Shown here: positions 24,615 through 35,773 of the stretch, in pieces
How positions within the stretch are numbered: position 1 is the stretch's first letter
How the letters are laid out: every line of letters starts with the position of its first letter
Assembly (NCBI RefSeq): GCF_044704955.1
Contig: NC_091999.1
Location: 25,916,001 to 25,980,000 of the forward strand
Length of the DNA: 64,000 nt
Origin: Pristiophorus japonicus
Lineage: Eukaryota
Reading direction: 5' to 3'
Notes under the pieces: model-generated
Databases searched by the model: none
What the model was told of the DNA's origin: nothing
The model's input: the letters and a program-made list of their open reading frames with translations, nothing else
Translations under genes and position numbers: made by a program

Positions 24615-25268
24615 GGAATGTTCGCCTTCATAGCTGGGTGATTTGAGTATAGGAGCAGGGATGTCTTACTGCAGTTGTACAGGGCCTTGGTGAGGCCATA
24701 CCTGGAATGTTGTGTTCAGTTTTGGTCCCCGAATCTGAGAAAGGACGTACTTGCTATTGAGGGATTACAGCGAAGGTTCACCAGCATGGTTCCCGGGATG
24801 GCAGGATTGACATCTGAGGAGAGACTGGATCAACTGGACTGGTATCCACTGGAGTTTAGAAGAATGAGAGGGGATCACACAGAAACATATAAAATTCTGA
24901 CGAGATTGGACAGCTTAGAGACTGGAAGAATGTTCTCGTTGCTGGGGTGTTGAGACCAAGGATTAAATTCTAAAAATAAGTGGTAAGCCATTTATGACCG
25001 AGATGAGGAGAAACTTCTTCACTCAGAGAGTGGTTAACCTGTGAAATTTTCTACCGCAGAAAGTCGTTGAGGCCAGTTCGTTAGATATAATCAAAAGGGA
25101 GTTAGATATGGCCCTTACGGCTAAAGAGATCAAGGGGTATGGAGAGAAAGCAGGAAATGGGTACAGAGGTTGAATGATGAGCCATGATCTTATTGAATGG
25201 TGGTGCAGGTTCGAAGGGCCGAATGTCATATTCCTGCACCTAATTTCTATGTCTCTATGTTTCTATGT
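24615..25268 (+). mobile_element. CR1 3' fragment carried in an array unit
   Basis: YRALVRPYLECCVQFWSP..DQLDWYPLEF; paralogous copies at ~27965-28670 and ~32085-32810. Confidence 0.85.
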
Positions 25269-25432
25269 TGATGCGTGTATATTTTTGATTATTGTGTGTG
25301 CGTGTATCTGTGTATGTCTATCTGTATGTATGTATCTGTGTATGTGCAAATGTCTGTGGAAATCATCACCATGAATTTGGTACGTCCTGGAACTTTTAAA
25401 AAAACTTGGGGAAATAATACGGTTGTGAACTT

Positions 25433-25675
25433 TGGTTCAGTGGCTCCATTCTCGACTGAAGCAGGAGGTTGTGTGTGTAAGTCCCACTCCTGAGACTTGA
25501 AAACATCATCTTGGATGACAGTCAAATGCAGTATTTGGGGAATGTTGCATTGTTGAAGCTGTTGACCATCGGCTGAAATTTTAAGTTGAAGCTCCATCTG
25601 CCCCCTCAGGTGGATGTGAAAGTTCCCAGAGCCTTAGTCGAAAAAGAATCGGAGATCTGCACCCGTGTCAATATG
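25433..25675 (+). mobile_element. Degenerate Deu-SINE carried in an array unit
   Basis: ggttcagtgg..aagtcccactcctgagacttga..ctcaggtggatgtgaaag; copies at ~28850-29090 and ~32990-33095. Confidence 0.7.
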
Positions 25676-25790
25676 ACGAAAAATGTTCGTAAATGCTCCC
25701 TGAAATCCAATGTGTCTGTGTGTCACTGTGGGGGTGGAGCTGAAGCCCAGATTCTCACCGAGGTAGAGACCAACCACTGACATGATCACG

Positions 25791-25873
25791 ACCAGGATGG
25801 CCGAGGGGTAAAGGCGTTAGACTTAAGATGTAATGGGTTTATACCCACATGGGTTCAACCCCGCCTTCTGGTA
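25791..25873 (+). tRNA. tRNA-Leu(TAA), degenerate
   Basis: ACCAGGATGGCCGAGGGGTAAAGGCGTTAGACTTAAGATGTAA..GGTTCAACCCCGCCTTCTGGTA. Confidence 0.75.
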
Positions 25874-27055
25874 ATTCCTTCATTAAACAGAGATTTTTCC
25901 CATCCTGCTCAGTGATACCCGATTTTCATCTGCTGAATCTCCAATTTTCTGTAACTATGTGACACTCTGAGCCGAAAAAGAAATGAAATTTTGAAATGTA
26001 TCTGTGTCACTCTCTCTCTTTAGAGAGCTGTGTTTGTGTTTGCGTGTTTGAGTCTTTGTCTCTCTCTCTGTCTACCTCTCTCTGACCCACTCTGTTTGTC
26101 CATGTTTCTCTGTTTGTCTCTGTCTCTCAATCTGTCTCTTTCTCACGGTGTCTAGTTCTGTTGCCATGGGATTCTCTCAGACTCTCTGTCTGACTGTCTC
26201 TTTCTGTCCCGTTATCTCTGTCTGTCCATGTCTTTGCCTGTCTCTGTTAGTCCCTGTCTCTAACCTGATAAGTATTTCCATTATTTTCTGTTTTTATCTC
26301 TATGTCTCTCTCTCTCTATCTGTCTTTCTCTCGATCTGTCGCCCTCTTTGTCTCTCTCTTTGTCCCTGTCTTTTTCTCTGTCATTCCATAACTATCTGCC
26401 TCCCTCTCTTTATGGAGCATGCAAATACATCTCTGTGCACGTCTTTTGAGTCTTTTTCTCATTCAGTCTGATCCTCCCTTTCAGTCTCAAACTTTATTTC
26501 TCTCTTTGTCTCTACCTCGCTGTCTGTCTCTCCTCGTTTCCCTGTTTGTCTCTGGTTCTCAATGTGTCTGTCACTTTCTCACGGTGTCCAGTTCTGTTCG
26601 AATGAGATTCTCTCAGTCTCTCTGTCTGACTGTCTCACTCTTTCCCATCATCTCTGTCTGTCTATCTTTCTGCCTATCTGTCTCTCTTTGCCTGTCGCTG
26701 GTAGTTCCTGTCTCTAACCTGCTGAGTATTTCCATCATTTTCTGTTTACATCTTTGCTTCTCTCCCAATCTGTCGCTGTCTCTCTATCTGTCTCTCTCCT
26801 TGTCACTCTCTTTATCATTGTCTTTCTTTCACTTTTTCCCTCTCTCTCTTTATTGATCACACACACACATCTCTTTATATGTAGGTGTTTGAGTCTTTTT
26901 CTCAGAGTCTGCTTGACTTTTCAGTCTCACCCTTTCTGTCTCTCGTTGTCTCTCTCTCGCTCTCTGTCTCTCCCTGTTTGTCGGTTTGTCTCTGTCTCTC
27001 AAAGTGTCTGTCGACTTCTGTTCACAGCTCGATAACTGCTTTGCCACAACCCGTA

Positions 27056-27127
27056 TTCTCGTCCGCATAGTGGTGAGTATCCCCGCCTGTTACGTGGAAG
27101 AACCGGGTTCAATTCCCCAATGAAAAA
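27056..27127 (+). tRNA. tRNA-Asp-derived pseudogene with GTT anticodon
   Basis: TTCTCGTCCGCATAGTGGTGAGTATCCCCGCCTGTTACGTGG..GGTTCAATTCCCC; 3' acceptor strand decayed. Confidence 0.75.
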
Positions 27128-27346
27128 GCAGCTTTTTCAAAATGTCGAATTTTACTTCTGTTTCTTGGAAAAGATTCATATTAAAAAGTTTCAGAGCAAT
27201 ATGGAACAGTAAAGATATAGCAAGAGGAGATTGACTCTTCCAGATTTTTTGCAAACGGAGACTTTTTCAGGATTTTGTGGCCGTCTGCTGCACAGAGATG
27301 GATGACTGAGTTTTTTCTGAGTAACGTTTAAAGTGCCAGAGACGCA

Positions 27347-27428
27347 GTAGTTGTGGCTGAGTGGTTAACGCGATTTTCTAGAAATCCTTTGGGTTTACCC
27401 CGCGCAGGAACGAATCCTGCCGGCTCTG
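27347..27428 (+). tRNA. tRNA-Ser(AGA) pseudogene
   Basis: GTAGTTGTGGCTGAGTGGTTAACGCG..CTAGAAA..CAGGAACGAATCCTGCC; B box mutated. Confidence 0.75.
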
Positions 27429-27964
27429 ATTCTCAGCATTTTTCATTCCATTTTATAATTTAACCAGGTTTTTGCAAAACCGTTCCTAAGATAGGCGGAA
27501 GAACGTCCCACACCTTTCAACACTGAAATCTATTTCTCATTGTTATGCAATATCTCAATATCTGCAATATTCAGGATGCATACAGATAGAAAAACGCAAA
27601 AATCAGCCAAAGTAGCGAAAGTGATTCAGCCTGTCTATCCCTCTATATGGATAAGGCATCTGTGCATGTCCGTTGGTGCATGTATATTTTTGTTTATGTG
27701 TGTGTGTGTGTGTCTCTGTGTCTGTCTATCTGTATCTATGTCTCTGTGTATGTGCAACTGTCTGTGGAAATCATCACCATGAATTTGGTATGTTCTGGAA
27801 CTTTTAAAAAAGACTTGGGGAAAATAATACGGTTGTGAACTTTGGTATTGGCTTTGGTTCAGTGGCAGCATCCTTGACTGAAAAATGCAAAAGCCAGCCA
27901 AAGTAGCGACAGTGACGCTGCCTGTCTATCCATCTATTTGTCTAAGGCAACCTATGTATATCTT

Positions 27965-28670
27965 GATCTGGGTGTCATGGTACATCAGTCATTGAATGTT
28001 GGTATGCAGGTGCAGAAGGCGGTAAAGAAGGCAAATGGCATGTTCGCCTTCATAGCGAGGGGATTTGAGTATGGGTGCAGGGAGGTCTTACTGCAATTGT
28101 ACAGGGCCTTGGTGAGGCCACACGTTAAATACTGTGTTCAGTTTTGGTCTCCAAATCTGAGGAAGGACGTCCTTGCTATTGAGGGAACACAGCGAAGGTT
28201 CACCAGCATGATTCCCGGAATGGCAGGGCTGACATATGAGGAGAGACTGGATCAACTGGGCTGGTATCCACTGGAGTTTAGAAGAATGAGAGGGGATCTC
28301 ATAGAAACATAAAAAGTTCTGACGAGATTGGACAGCTTCGAGGCTGGAAGAATGTTCTCGTTGCTGGGGTGTTCGAGACCAAGGATGACAGTCTAAGAAT
28401 AAGGTGTAAGCAATTTAGGACCGAGATGAGGAGAAATTTTTCATTCAGAGCGTGGTTAACCTGTTAAATTTTCCACCGCAGAATGACGTTGAGGCCAGTT
28501 CGTTAGATATATTCAAAAGGGCCCTTACGGCTAAAGGGATCAAGGGGTATGGAGAGAAAGCAGGAATGGGGTACTGAGGTTGAATGATGAGCCATGATCT
28601 TATTGAATGGTGGTGCAGGCTCGAAGGGCCGAATGGCATATTCCTGCACCTAATTTCTATGTTTCTATGT
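27965..28670 (+). mobile_element. CR1 3' fragment carried in an array unit
   Basis: [30 protein letters not shown]. Confidence 0.85.
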
Positions 28671-29205
28671 TGATGCGTGTATATCTTTGGTTATTGTGTG
28701 TGTATGTGTCTGTGTATGTCTATCTGTATGTATGTCTCTGTGTACGTGCAACTCTTTGTGGAAATCATCACCATGAATTTAGTACGTCCTGGAACTTTTA
28801 AAAAAACTTGCGGAAAATAATACGGTTGTGATCTCTGATATCGGTTTTGGTTCAGTGGCTCCATTCTCGACTGAATCAGGAGGTTGTGTGTGTAAGTCCC
28901 ACTTCTGAGACTTGAACACATCATCTTGGCTGACACTCAAATGCAGTACTTGGGGAATGTTGCATTGTTGAAGCTGTTGACCATCGGCTGAAATTTTAAA
29001 TTGAAGCTCCATCTGCACCCTCGGGTGGATGTGAAAGTTCCCAGAGCCTTAGTCGAAAAAGAATAGGAGAGTTGCGCCCGTGTCAATATGACGAAAAATG
29101 TTCGTAAATGCTCCCTGAAATCCTATGTGTCTGTGTGTCGCTGTGGGCGTGGAGCTGAAGCTCAGATTCTCACAGAGGCAGAGTCCAACCACTGACAGGA
29201 TCAGG

Positions 29206-29288
29206 ACCAGGATGGCCGAGTGGTAAATGTGTTGGACTTAAGATCTAATGGGTTTATACCCGCGTGGGTTTGAACCCCAGTCCTGGTA
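29206..29288 (+). tRNA. tRNA-Leu(TAA), best-preserved copy, still mutated
   Basis: Acceptor stem ACCAGGA/TCCTGGT and CTTAAGA loop intact; T loop TTTGAAC and D-stem changes. Confidence 0.8.
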
Positions 29289-30174
29289 ATTCCTTAATTA
29301 AACATAGATTTTTCCCATCCTGCTCAGTGATACACGATTCTCAAATGCTGAATCTCCAATTTTCTGTAACGATATGACACTCTGAGCCGATAATGAAATG
29401 AAATTGTGAAATGTATCTGTGTCGCCCGGTCTCTGCCGCTCTCTCTCTTTAGAGAGCTGTGTTTGTGTTTGTGTGTTTGAGTCTTTGTCTCTCTCAGTCT
29501 GCCTCTCTCTGACACACTCTGTCTGTCCCTGTTTCTCTGTTTGTCTCTGTCTCTCAATCTGTCTCTTTCTCACGGTGTCTAGTTCTGTTGCAAAGGGATT
29601 TTCTCAGACTCTCTGTCTGACTGTTTCTCTCTGTCCCATTATTTCTGTCTGTCCATGTCTTTGCCTGTCGCTATTAGTCCCTGACTCTAACCTGATAAGT
29701 ATTTCCATTATTTTCTGTTTTTGTCTCTATGACTCTTCTCCCTCTCTCTCTCTCTGTCTTTCTCTCTATTTGTCTCCCTCTTTGTCTCTCTCTTTGTCCC
29801 TGTCCTTTTCTCTGTCATTCCATCGCTATTTGCCACCCTCTCTTTATGGAGCACGCAAATATATCTCTGTATATGTATGTGTTTGAGTCTTTTTCACATT
29901 CAGTCTGATCCTCCCTTTCAGACTCAAAATTTATGTCTCTCTTTGTCTCTATCTCACTGTCTGTCTCTCCCTGTTTCCCTGTTTCACACACGCATCTGTA
30001 GGTGTTTGAGTCTTTTTCTCGCTGACTCTGACTGTCTTTTCAGTCTCACCCTTTCTGTCTCTCGTTGTCTCTCTCTTGCTGTCTGCCTATCCCTGTTTAT
30101 CGGTTTGTCTCTGTCGATCAATGTTTCTGTCGACTTCTGTTCACAGCTCGATTACTGCTCTGACGCAACCCGTT

Positions 30175-30246
30175 ACCTCGTCCATCTCGTGCCGATAATG
30201 CCCCCCTTTTACGCGGGAGAATCTGGTTCAATTCTCCGATGGAAAA
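30175..30246 (+). pseudogene. Highly degenerate tRNA-Asp copy
   Basis: Same flanks as 27056/31197; ..TTACGCGGGAGAATCTGGTTCAATTCTCCGA.. Confidence 0.6.
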
Positions 30247-31196
30247 GCAGCTTTTTCAAAATGTCGAATTTTACTTCTGTTTCTTGGTATAGATTCATCT
30301 TAAAAAGTTCCACAGCAATATAGAACAGTAAAAATACAGCAAGAGGAGATTGCCTCTTACAGATCTTTTGCAAACGGAGACTTTTTCTGGATTCTGTGGC
30401 CGTCTGTTTCACAGAGATGGATGACTGAGTATTTTCTGTTTTTGTCTCTATGTCTCTCTCTCTCTTTCAGTCTTTCTCTCTATCTGTCTCCCTCTTTTTC
30501 TCTCTCTTTGTCCCTGTCCTTTTCTCTGTCATTCCATCGCTAATTGCCTCCCTCACTTTTTGGAGCACGCAAATACATCTCTGTGTATGTATGTGTTTGA
30601 GTCTTTTTCTCATTCAGTCTGATCCTCCCTTTCAGTCTCAAACTTTCTGTCTCTCTTTGTCTCTATCTCACTGTCTGTCTCTCCCTGTTTCCCTGTTTGT
30701 CTCTGGTTCTGAATGTGTCTGTCTCTTTCTCACGGTGCCCAGTTCTGTTCGAAAGGGATTCACTCAGACTCTCTGTCTGACTGTCTCACTCTTTCCCATC
30801 ATCTCCGTCACTCTATGTTTCTGCCTGTCTGTCTCTCTTTGCCTGTCGCTGGTAGTTTCTACCTCTAACCTGCTGAGTATTTCCATCATTTTCTGTTTAT
30901 ATCTGTCTCTCTCTCTATCTGTCGCTATCTCTCTATCTGTCTCTCTCCTTGTCACTGTCGTTCTCTCACTCTTTCCCTCTCTCTGTATATAGATCACACA
31001 CACATATCTCTGTATATGTAGGTGTTTGAGTCTTTTTCTCACTGAGTCTGCCTCACTTTTCAGTCTCACCCTTTCTGTCTCGCGTTGTCTCTCTCTCTCG
31101 ATGTCTGTCTAACCCTGTTTGTCGGTTTGTCTCTGTCGATCAATGTTTCTGTCGACTTCTGTTCACAGCTGGATTACTGCTCTAACGCAACCCATA

Positions 31197-31268
31197 CCCT
31201 CGTCCGTATAGTGGTGATTATCGCCGCTAGTTATGCGGGAGAACAGGGTTCAATTTCCCGACGGCGCA
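31197..31268 (+). tRNA. tRNA-Asp-derived pseudogene (GTT)
   Basis: CCCTCGTCCGTATAGTGGTGATTATCGCCGCTAGTTATGCGGGAGAACAGGGTTCAATTTCCCGACGG. Confidence 0.72.
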
Positions 31269-31486
31269 GTAGTTTTTTCAAAATGTCGAATTTTACTTCT
31301 GTTTCTTGGTATAGATTTTATTAAAAAGTTCCAGAGCAATATAGAACAGTAAAAATACAGCAAGAGGAGATTGCCTCTTCCAGATTTTTTGCAAACGGAG
31401 ACTTTTTCAGGATTCTGTGGCCGTCTGCTGCACAGAGATGGACGACTGAGTTTTTTCTGAGTAACATTTAATGTGCCAGAGACGCA

Positions 31487-31568
31487 GTAATTGTGGCAGA
31501 GTGGTTAAAGCGATGGACTAGAAACACTTTGGGTTTTCTGCGCGTAGGTTAGAATCCTGCCGACTACG
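31487..31568 (+). tRNA. tRNA-Ser(AGA) pseudogene
   Basis: GTAATTGTGGCAGAGTGGTTAAAGCGATGGACTAGAAA..GGTTAGAATCCTGCCGACTACG. Confidence 0.78.
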
Positions 31569-32084
31569 ATTCTCAACATTTTTCATTCCATTTTACAATT
31601 TAACCAGGTTTTGGCAAAACTGATCCTGAGATAGATGGAATAACGTCCCACACCTTTCAACACTGACATTTTTTTCACATTTCTATTAGTCTGCAATATT
31701 CACGATACATACGGATAGAAAAATGCTAAAATCAGCCAAAGTCGTGATTCAGCCTGTCTATCCCTCGATATGTCTAAGGCATCTGTGTATGTCCGTTGGT
31801 GCATGTATATTTTTGGTTATGTGTGTGTGTGTGTCTCTGTGTCTGTCTATCTGTATATATGTCTCTGTGTATGTGCAACTGTCTGTGGAAATCATCACCA
31901 TGAATTTGGTATGTCCTGGAACTTTTTCAAAAGACTTGGACAAAATAATACGTTTGTGAACTTTTGCATTGGCTTTGGTTCAGTGGCAGCATTCTCGAAG
32001 GAAAAACGCAAAGACCAGCCAAAGTAGCGACAGTGACCCTGCCTGTCTATCCGTCTATTTGTCTAAGGCATTCTGTGTATATCT

Positions 32085-32810
32085 TGATCTGGGTGTCATG
32101 CTACATCTGTCATTGAAAGTGGGCATGCAAGTGCAACAGGCAGTGAAGAAGGCAAATGACATGTTCGCCTTCATAGCTAGGTGCTTTGAATATAGGAGCA
32201 GGGAAGTCTTCCTGCAGTTGTACAGGGCCTTGGTGAAGCCACACGTTAAATATTCTGTTAGTTTTGGTCTCCAAATCTGAGGAAGGACGTCCTTGCTATG
32301 GATGGAGCACAGGGAAGGTTCACCAGCTTGATTCCAGGGAGGGCAGGACTGACATATGAGGCTAGACTGGATCAACTCTGCTGGTATCCACTGGAGTTTA
32401 GAAGAATGAGAGGGGATCTCATAGAAACATATAAAATTCTGACGAGATTGGACAAGTGAGAGGCAGGAAGAATGTTTCTGTTGCTGGGGAGTTCGAGAAC
32501 CAGGGGTCACAGTCTAAGAATAAGGGGTAAGCCATTTAGGACCAAGATGATGAGAAACAGCTTCATTCAGAGAGTGGTTAACCTGTGGAATTCTCTACCG
32601 TAGTAAGTTGTTGAAGCCAGTTCGTTAGATATATTGAAGAGGGAGTCAGATATGGCCCTTACGGCTCAAGGGATCAAGCGATATGGAGAGAAAGGAGGAT
32701 ATAGGTACTGAGGTTGAATGATCAGCCATGATCTTATTGAATGGTGGTGCAGGCTCGAAGGGCCAACGGCCTACTCCTGCAACTAATTTCTATGTTTCTA
32801 TGTTTCTATG
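32085..32810 (+). mobile_element. CR1 3' fragment carried in an array unit
   Basis: DLGVMLHLSLKVGMQ..LYRALVKPHVKY; shares variants with the 27965 copy. Confidence 0.85.
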
Positions 32811-34042
32811 TTGATGCGTGTATATTTTTGGTTATTTTATGTGTGTGTGTGTCTGTGTATGTCGATCTTTTTGTATGTCTCTGTGTATGTGCAACTGTCG
32901 ATGGAAATCATCACCAAGAATTTGGTATGTCCTGGAACTTTTTAAAAAACTTGGGGAAAATAATACGGTTGTGATCTTTGGTATCGGCTTTGTTTCAGTG
33001 GCTCCATTCAAAAGGTCGTGTGTGTAAGTCCCTCTCCTGAGACTTGAGCGCATCATCTTGGCTGACACTCAAATGCAGTACTTAGGGAATTTTGCACCTC
33101 TTTTATGTCTTTCTCTCTCTATATGTCTATAAATGTCTTAATCTTACTCCCTCGATTCAAATCTAGATCGTTGATATATACCACAAAAATCAAGGGACCC
33201 ATGACTGAGCCCTGCAGAATCCCACTGGAAACATCCTTCCAGTCAAAAAACATCCATCATTCATTAGCCTTTGCTTCCTACCTCAAAGGCAATTTTGGAT
33301 CCAACTTGCTACTTTGCTCTGGATCCCATGGGCTTTAACCTTCGTGACCGGTCTACCATGTGGGATCTTATCAAAAGCTTTGCTAAAGGCCAAATACACT
33401 ACATTGTATGCAGTACCCTCATCGACCCTCTTGGTTGAATTTTGTGAGGAGGTAATCAGGTTAGTGAAACACGATCTTCCCTTTACAAATCTCTGCTGAC
33501 TGTCCCTAATTAGTCCTTGCCTTTCTAAATGTAGATTTATCCTCCAATAATTTTCCAATAATTTTCCACCACTGAGGTTAGGCTGACAGGCTTGTAATTA
33601 CTCGGCCGATTCCTTTCTCCCTTCTTAAACAAGGGTACCACATTAGCAGTCCTCTGGCACCATGCCCAAATCCAAATAGGACTGGAAAATGATGGTCAAG
33701 GGATCTGCTATTTCCTCTTTTACTTCACTCAACAGCCTGGGATGCATTTCATCTGGGCCTGGGCAATTTTCTACTTCCAAAGCTGCTAAACCCCTTAATA
33801 ATCCTCTCTCACTGTTTATTTCATCCAGAATTTCAAATTCCTCCTCGATAACAGTATCTGCATTGCCCCTTTCCTTTGTGAAAACAAGATGCAAAGTATT
33901 CATTAAGAATCATAACAACATCTTCCGCCTCCACACAAAGATTACCTTCATGGTCTCTAATAGGCCCTACCCTTTCTTAAGTTATCCTCTTGCTCTTAAT
34001 ATATTTATCGAATTTCTTTGGGCTTTCCTTAAGTTTACTAAC

Positions 34043-34308
34043 TGTTAAGTCCTGACTCTAATGTACTGATTTACACAAGACACATGCTGAAGTCAAGGTC
34101 ACTCAGGACCTGCACCTTTAATTCCAGGTCTCCAGTGCTGCACTTGCCTGAGATCTCCCTTTATATACCTCAGTGGGACAGGTATGGAATGTCTCCTGCA
34201 AGTGCACCCCTGGTGGTAAGGTATGCTTATTGTTACAGGTCATATCCAGTTACAGTCATGTATAGCATGGTAAGATATAGTTATATACAGTAATGTGAGA
34301 TACATGCA
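34043..34308 (-). repeat. 3' LTR
   Basis: Direct repeat of 39607-39873; about 14 substitutions and 1 indel by manual comparison. Confidence 0.95.
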
Positions 34309-34657
34309 TCACCCTCCCCCAAGGTCTTATTGCCTTTATAGATTCCGTCTCTCGGGTGGTCTGCGCTCTCTCGTGGAGCGTCTTTGTTGTGGTTCAGTTG
34401 TTTGCCTTGGTGCCTGTTTTTCGTTCTGTGTGTTTCCTGGTATCTCGCCTGGGCTGTCTGTTGAGACTGCCCTTCCTTCAGGTTGTTCCACCTGTCTGTC
34501 CACCAGGTGTGGTGTGAGTTCCATGTTGGTAGTCTGCCTCTGGTTCTTCAGTGTTATCAGTGAATCTACTTTTTACTTGGTCTACATGCCTCCACCAGGT
34601 TTGGCCATTGTCCATTTGTACAACCAGTAGCCTGTTTCCCTCTTTGTCTGTTACTGT

Positions 34658-35773
34658 TAAGGTGCTGACATGGATTGAGATCTGGTTGTCAGACAGGAAG
34701 CAAAGAGTAGGGGTAAATGTGGACTTTTCAGAATGGCAGGCAGTGACTAGTGGGGTACCGCAAGGTTCTGTGCTGGGCCCCCAGCTGTTTACACTGTACA
34801 TTAATGATTTAGACGAGGGGATTAAATGTCGTATCTCCAAATTTGCGGATGACACTAAGTTGGGTGGCAGTGTGAGCTGCGAGGAAGATGCTATGAGGCT
34901 GCAGAGCGACTTGGATAGGTTAGGTGAGTGGGCAAATGCATGGCAGATGAAGTATAATGTGCATAAATGTGAGGTTATCCACTTTGGTGGTAAAAACAGA
35001 GAGACAGACTATTATCTGAATAGTGACAGATTAGGAAAAGGGGAGGTGCAAAGAGACCTGAGTGTCATGGTACATCAGTCATTGAAGGTTGGCATGCAGG
35101 TACAGCAGGCGGTTAAGAAAGCAAATGGCATGTTGGCCTTTATAGCGAGGGGATTTGAGTACAGGGGCAGGGAGGTGTTGCTACAATTGTACAGGGCCTT
35201 GGTGAGGCCACACCTGGAGTATTCTGTACAGTTTTGGTCTCCTAACTTGAGCAAGGACATTCTTGCTATTGAGGGAGTGCAGCGAAGATTCACCAGACTG
35301 ATTCCCGGGATGGCGGGATTGACCTATCAAGAAAGAATGGATCAACTGGGATTGTATTCACTGGAGTTCAGAAGAATGAGAGGGGACCTCATGGAAACGT
35401 TTAAAATTCTGACGGGTTTAGACAGGTTAGATGCAGAAAGAATGTTCCCAATGTTGGGGAAGTCCAGAACCAGGGGTCACAGTCTGAGGATAAGGGGTAA
35501 GCCATTTAGGATCGAGATGAGGAGAAACTTCTTCACCCAGAGAGTGGTGAACCTGTGGAATTATCTACCACAGAAAGTAGTTGAGGCCAATTCACTAAAT
35601 ATATTCAAAAAGAGTTGGACGAAGTCCTTACTACTAGGGGAATCAAGGGTTATGGTGAGAAAGCATGAATGGGGTACTGAAGTTGCATGTTCAGCCATGA
35701 ACTCATTGAATGGCGGTGCAGGCTCGAAGGGCCGAATGGCCCACTCCTGCACCTATTTTCTATGTTTCTATGT
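34658..35773 (+). mobile_element. Young CR1 3' fragment inserted in the Gypsy integrase
   Basis: The 417-aa ORF is mostly CR1 RT C-terminus (GVPQGSVLGP, KFADDTK); it interrupts Gypsy ..GPKWLAGT / VTDKEGNR.. with TGT at both junctions. Confidence 0.93.

Larger units (their letters stand above)
21678..33097 (+). repeat. Tandem macro-repeat of tRNA genes (unit: Leu-TAA / CT-rich spacer / Asp-GTC / Ser-AGA / CR1 3' piece / Deu-SINE piece), ~4 imperfect units
   Basis: Identical flanks recur (e.g. gcacccgtgtcaatat at ~21686, 25659, 29074; gatggatgactgag at ~22858, 27297, 30416, 31437); Leu genes at 21811, 23923, 25791, 29206. Confidence 0.88.

Noticed and set aside
26148-31324. Many Leu/Ser/Cys-rich and Arg/Glu-rich ORFs
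   Set aside because: Translations of CT-rich low-complexity spacers of the tRNA array.
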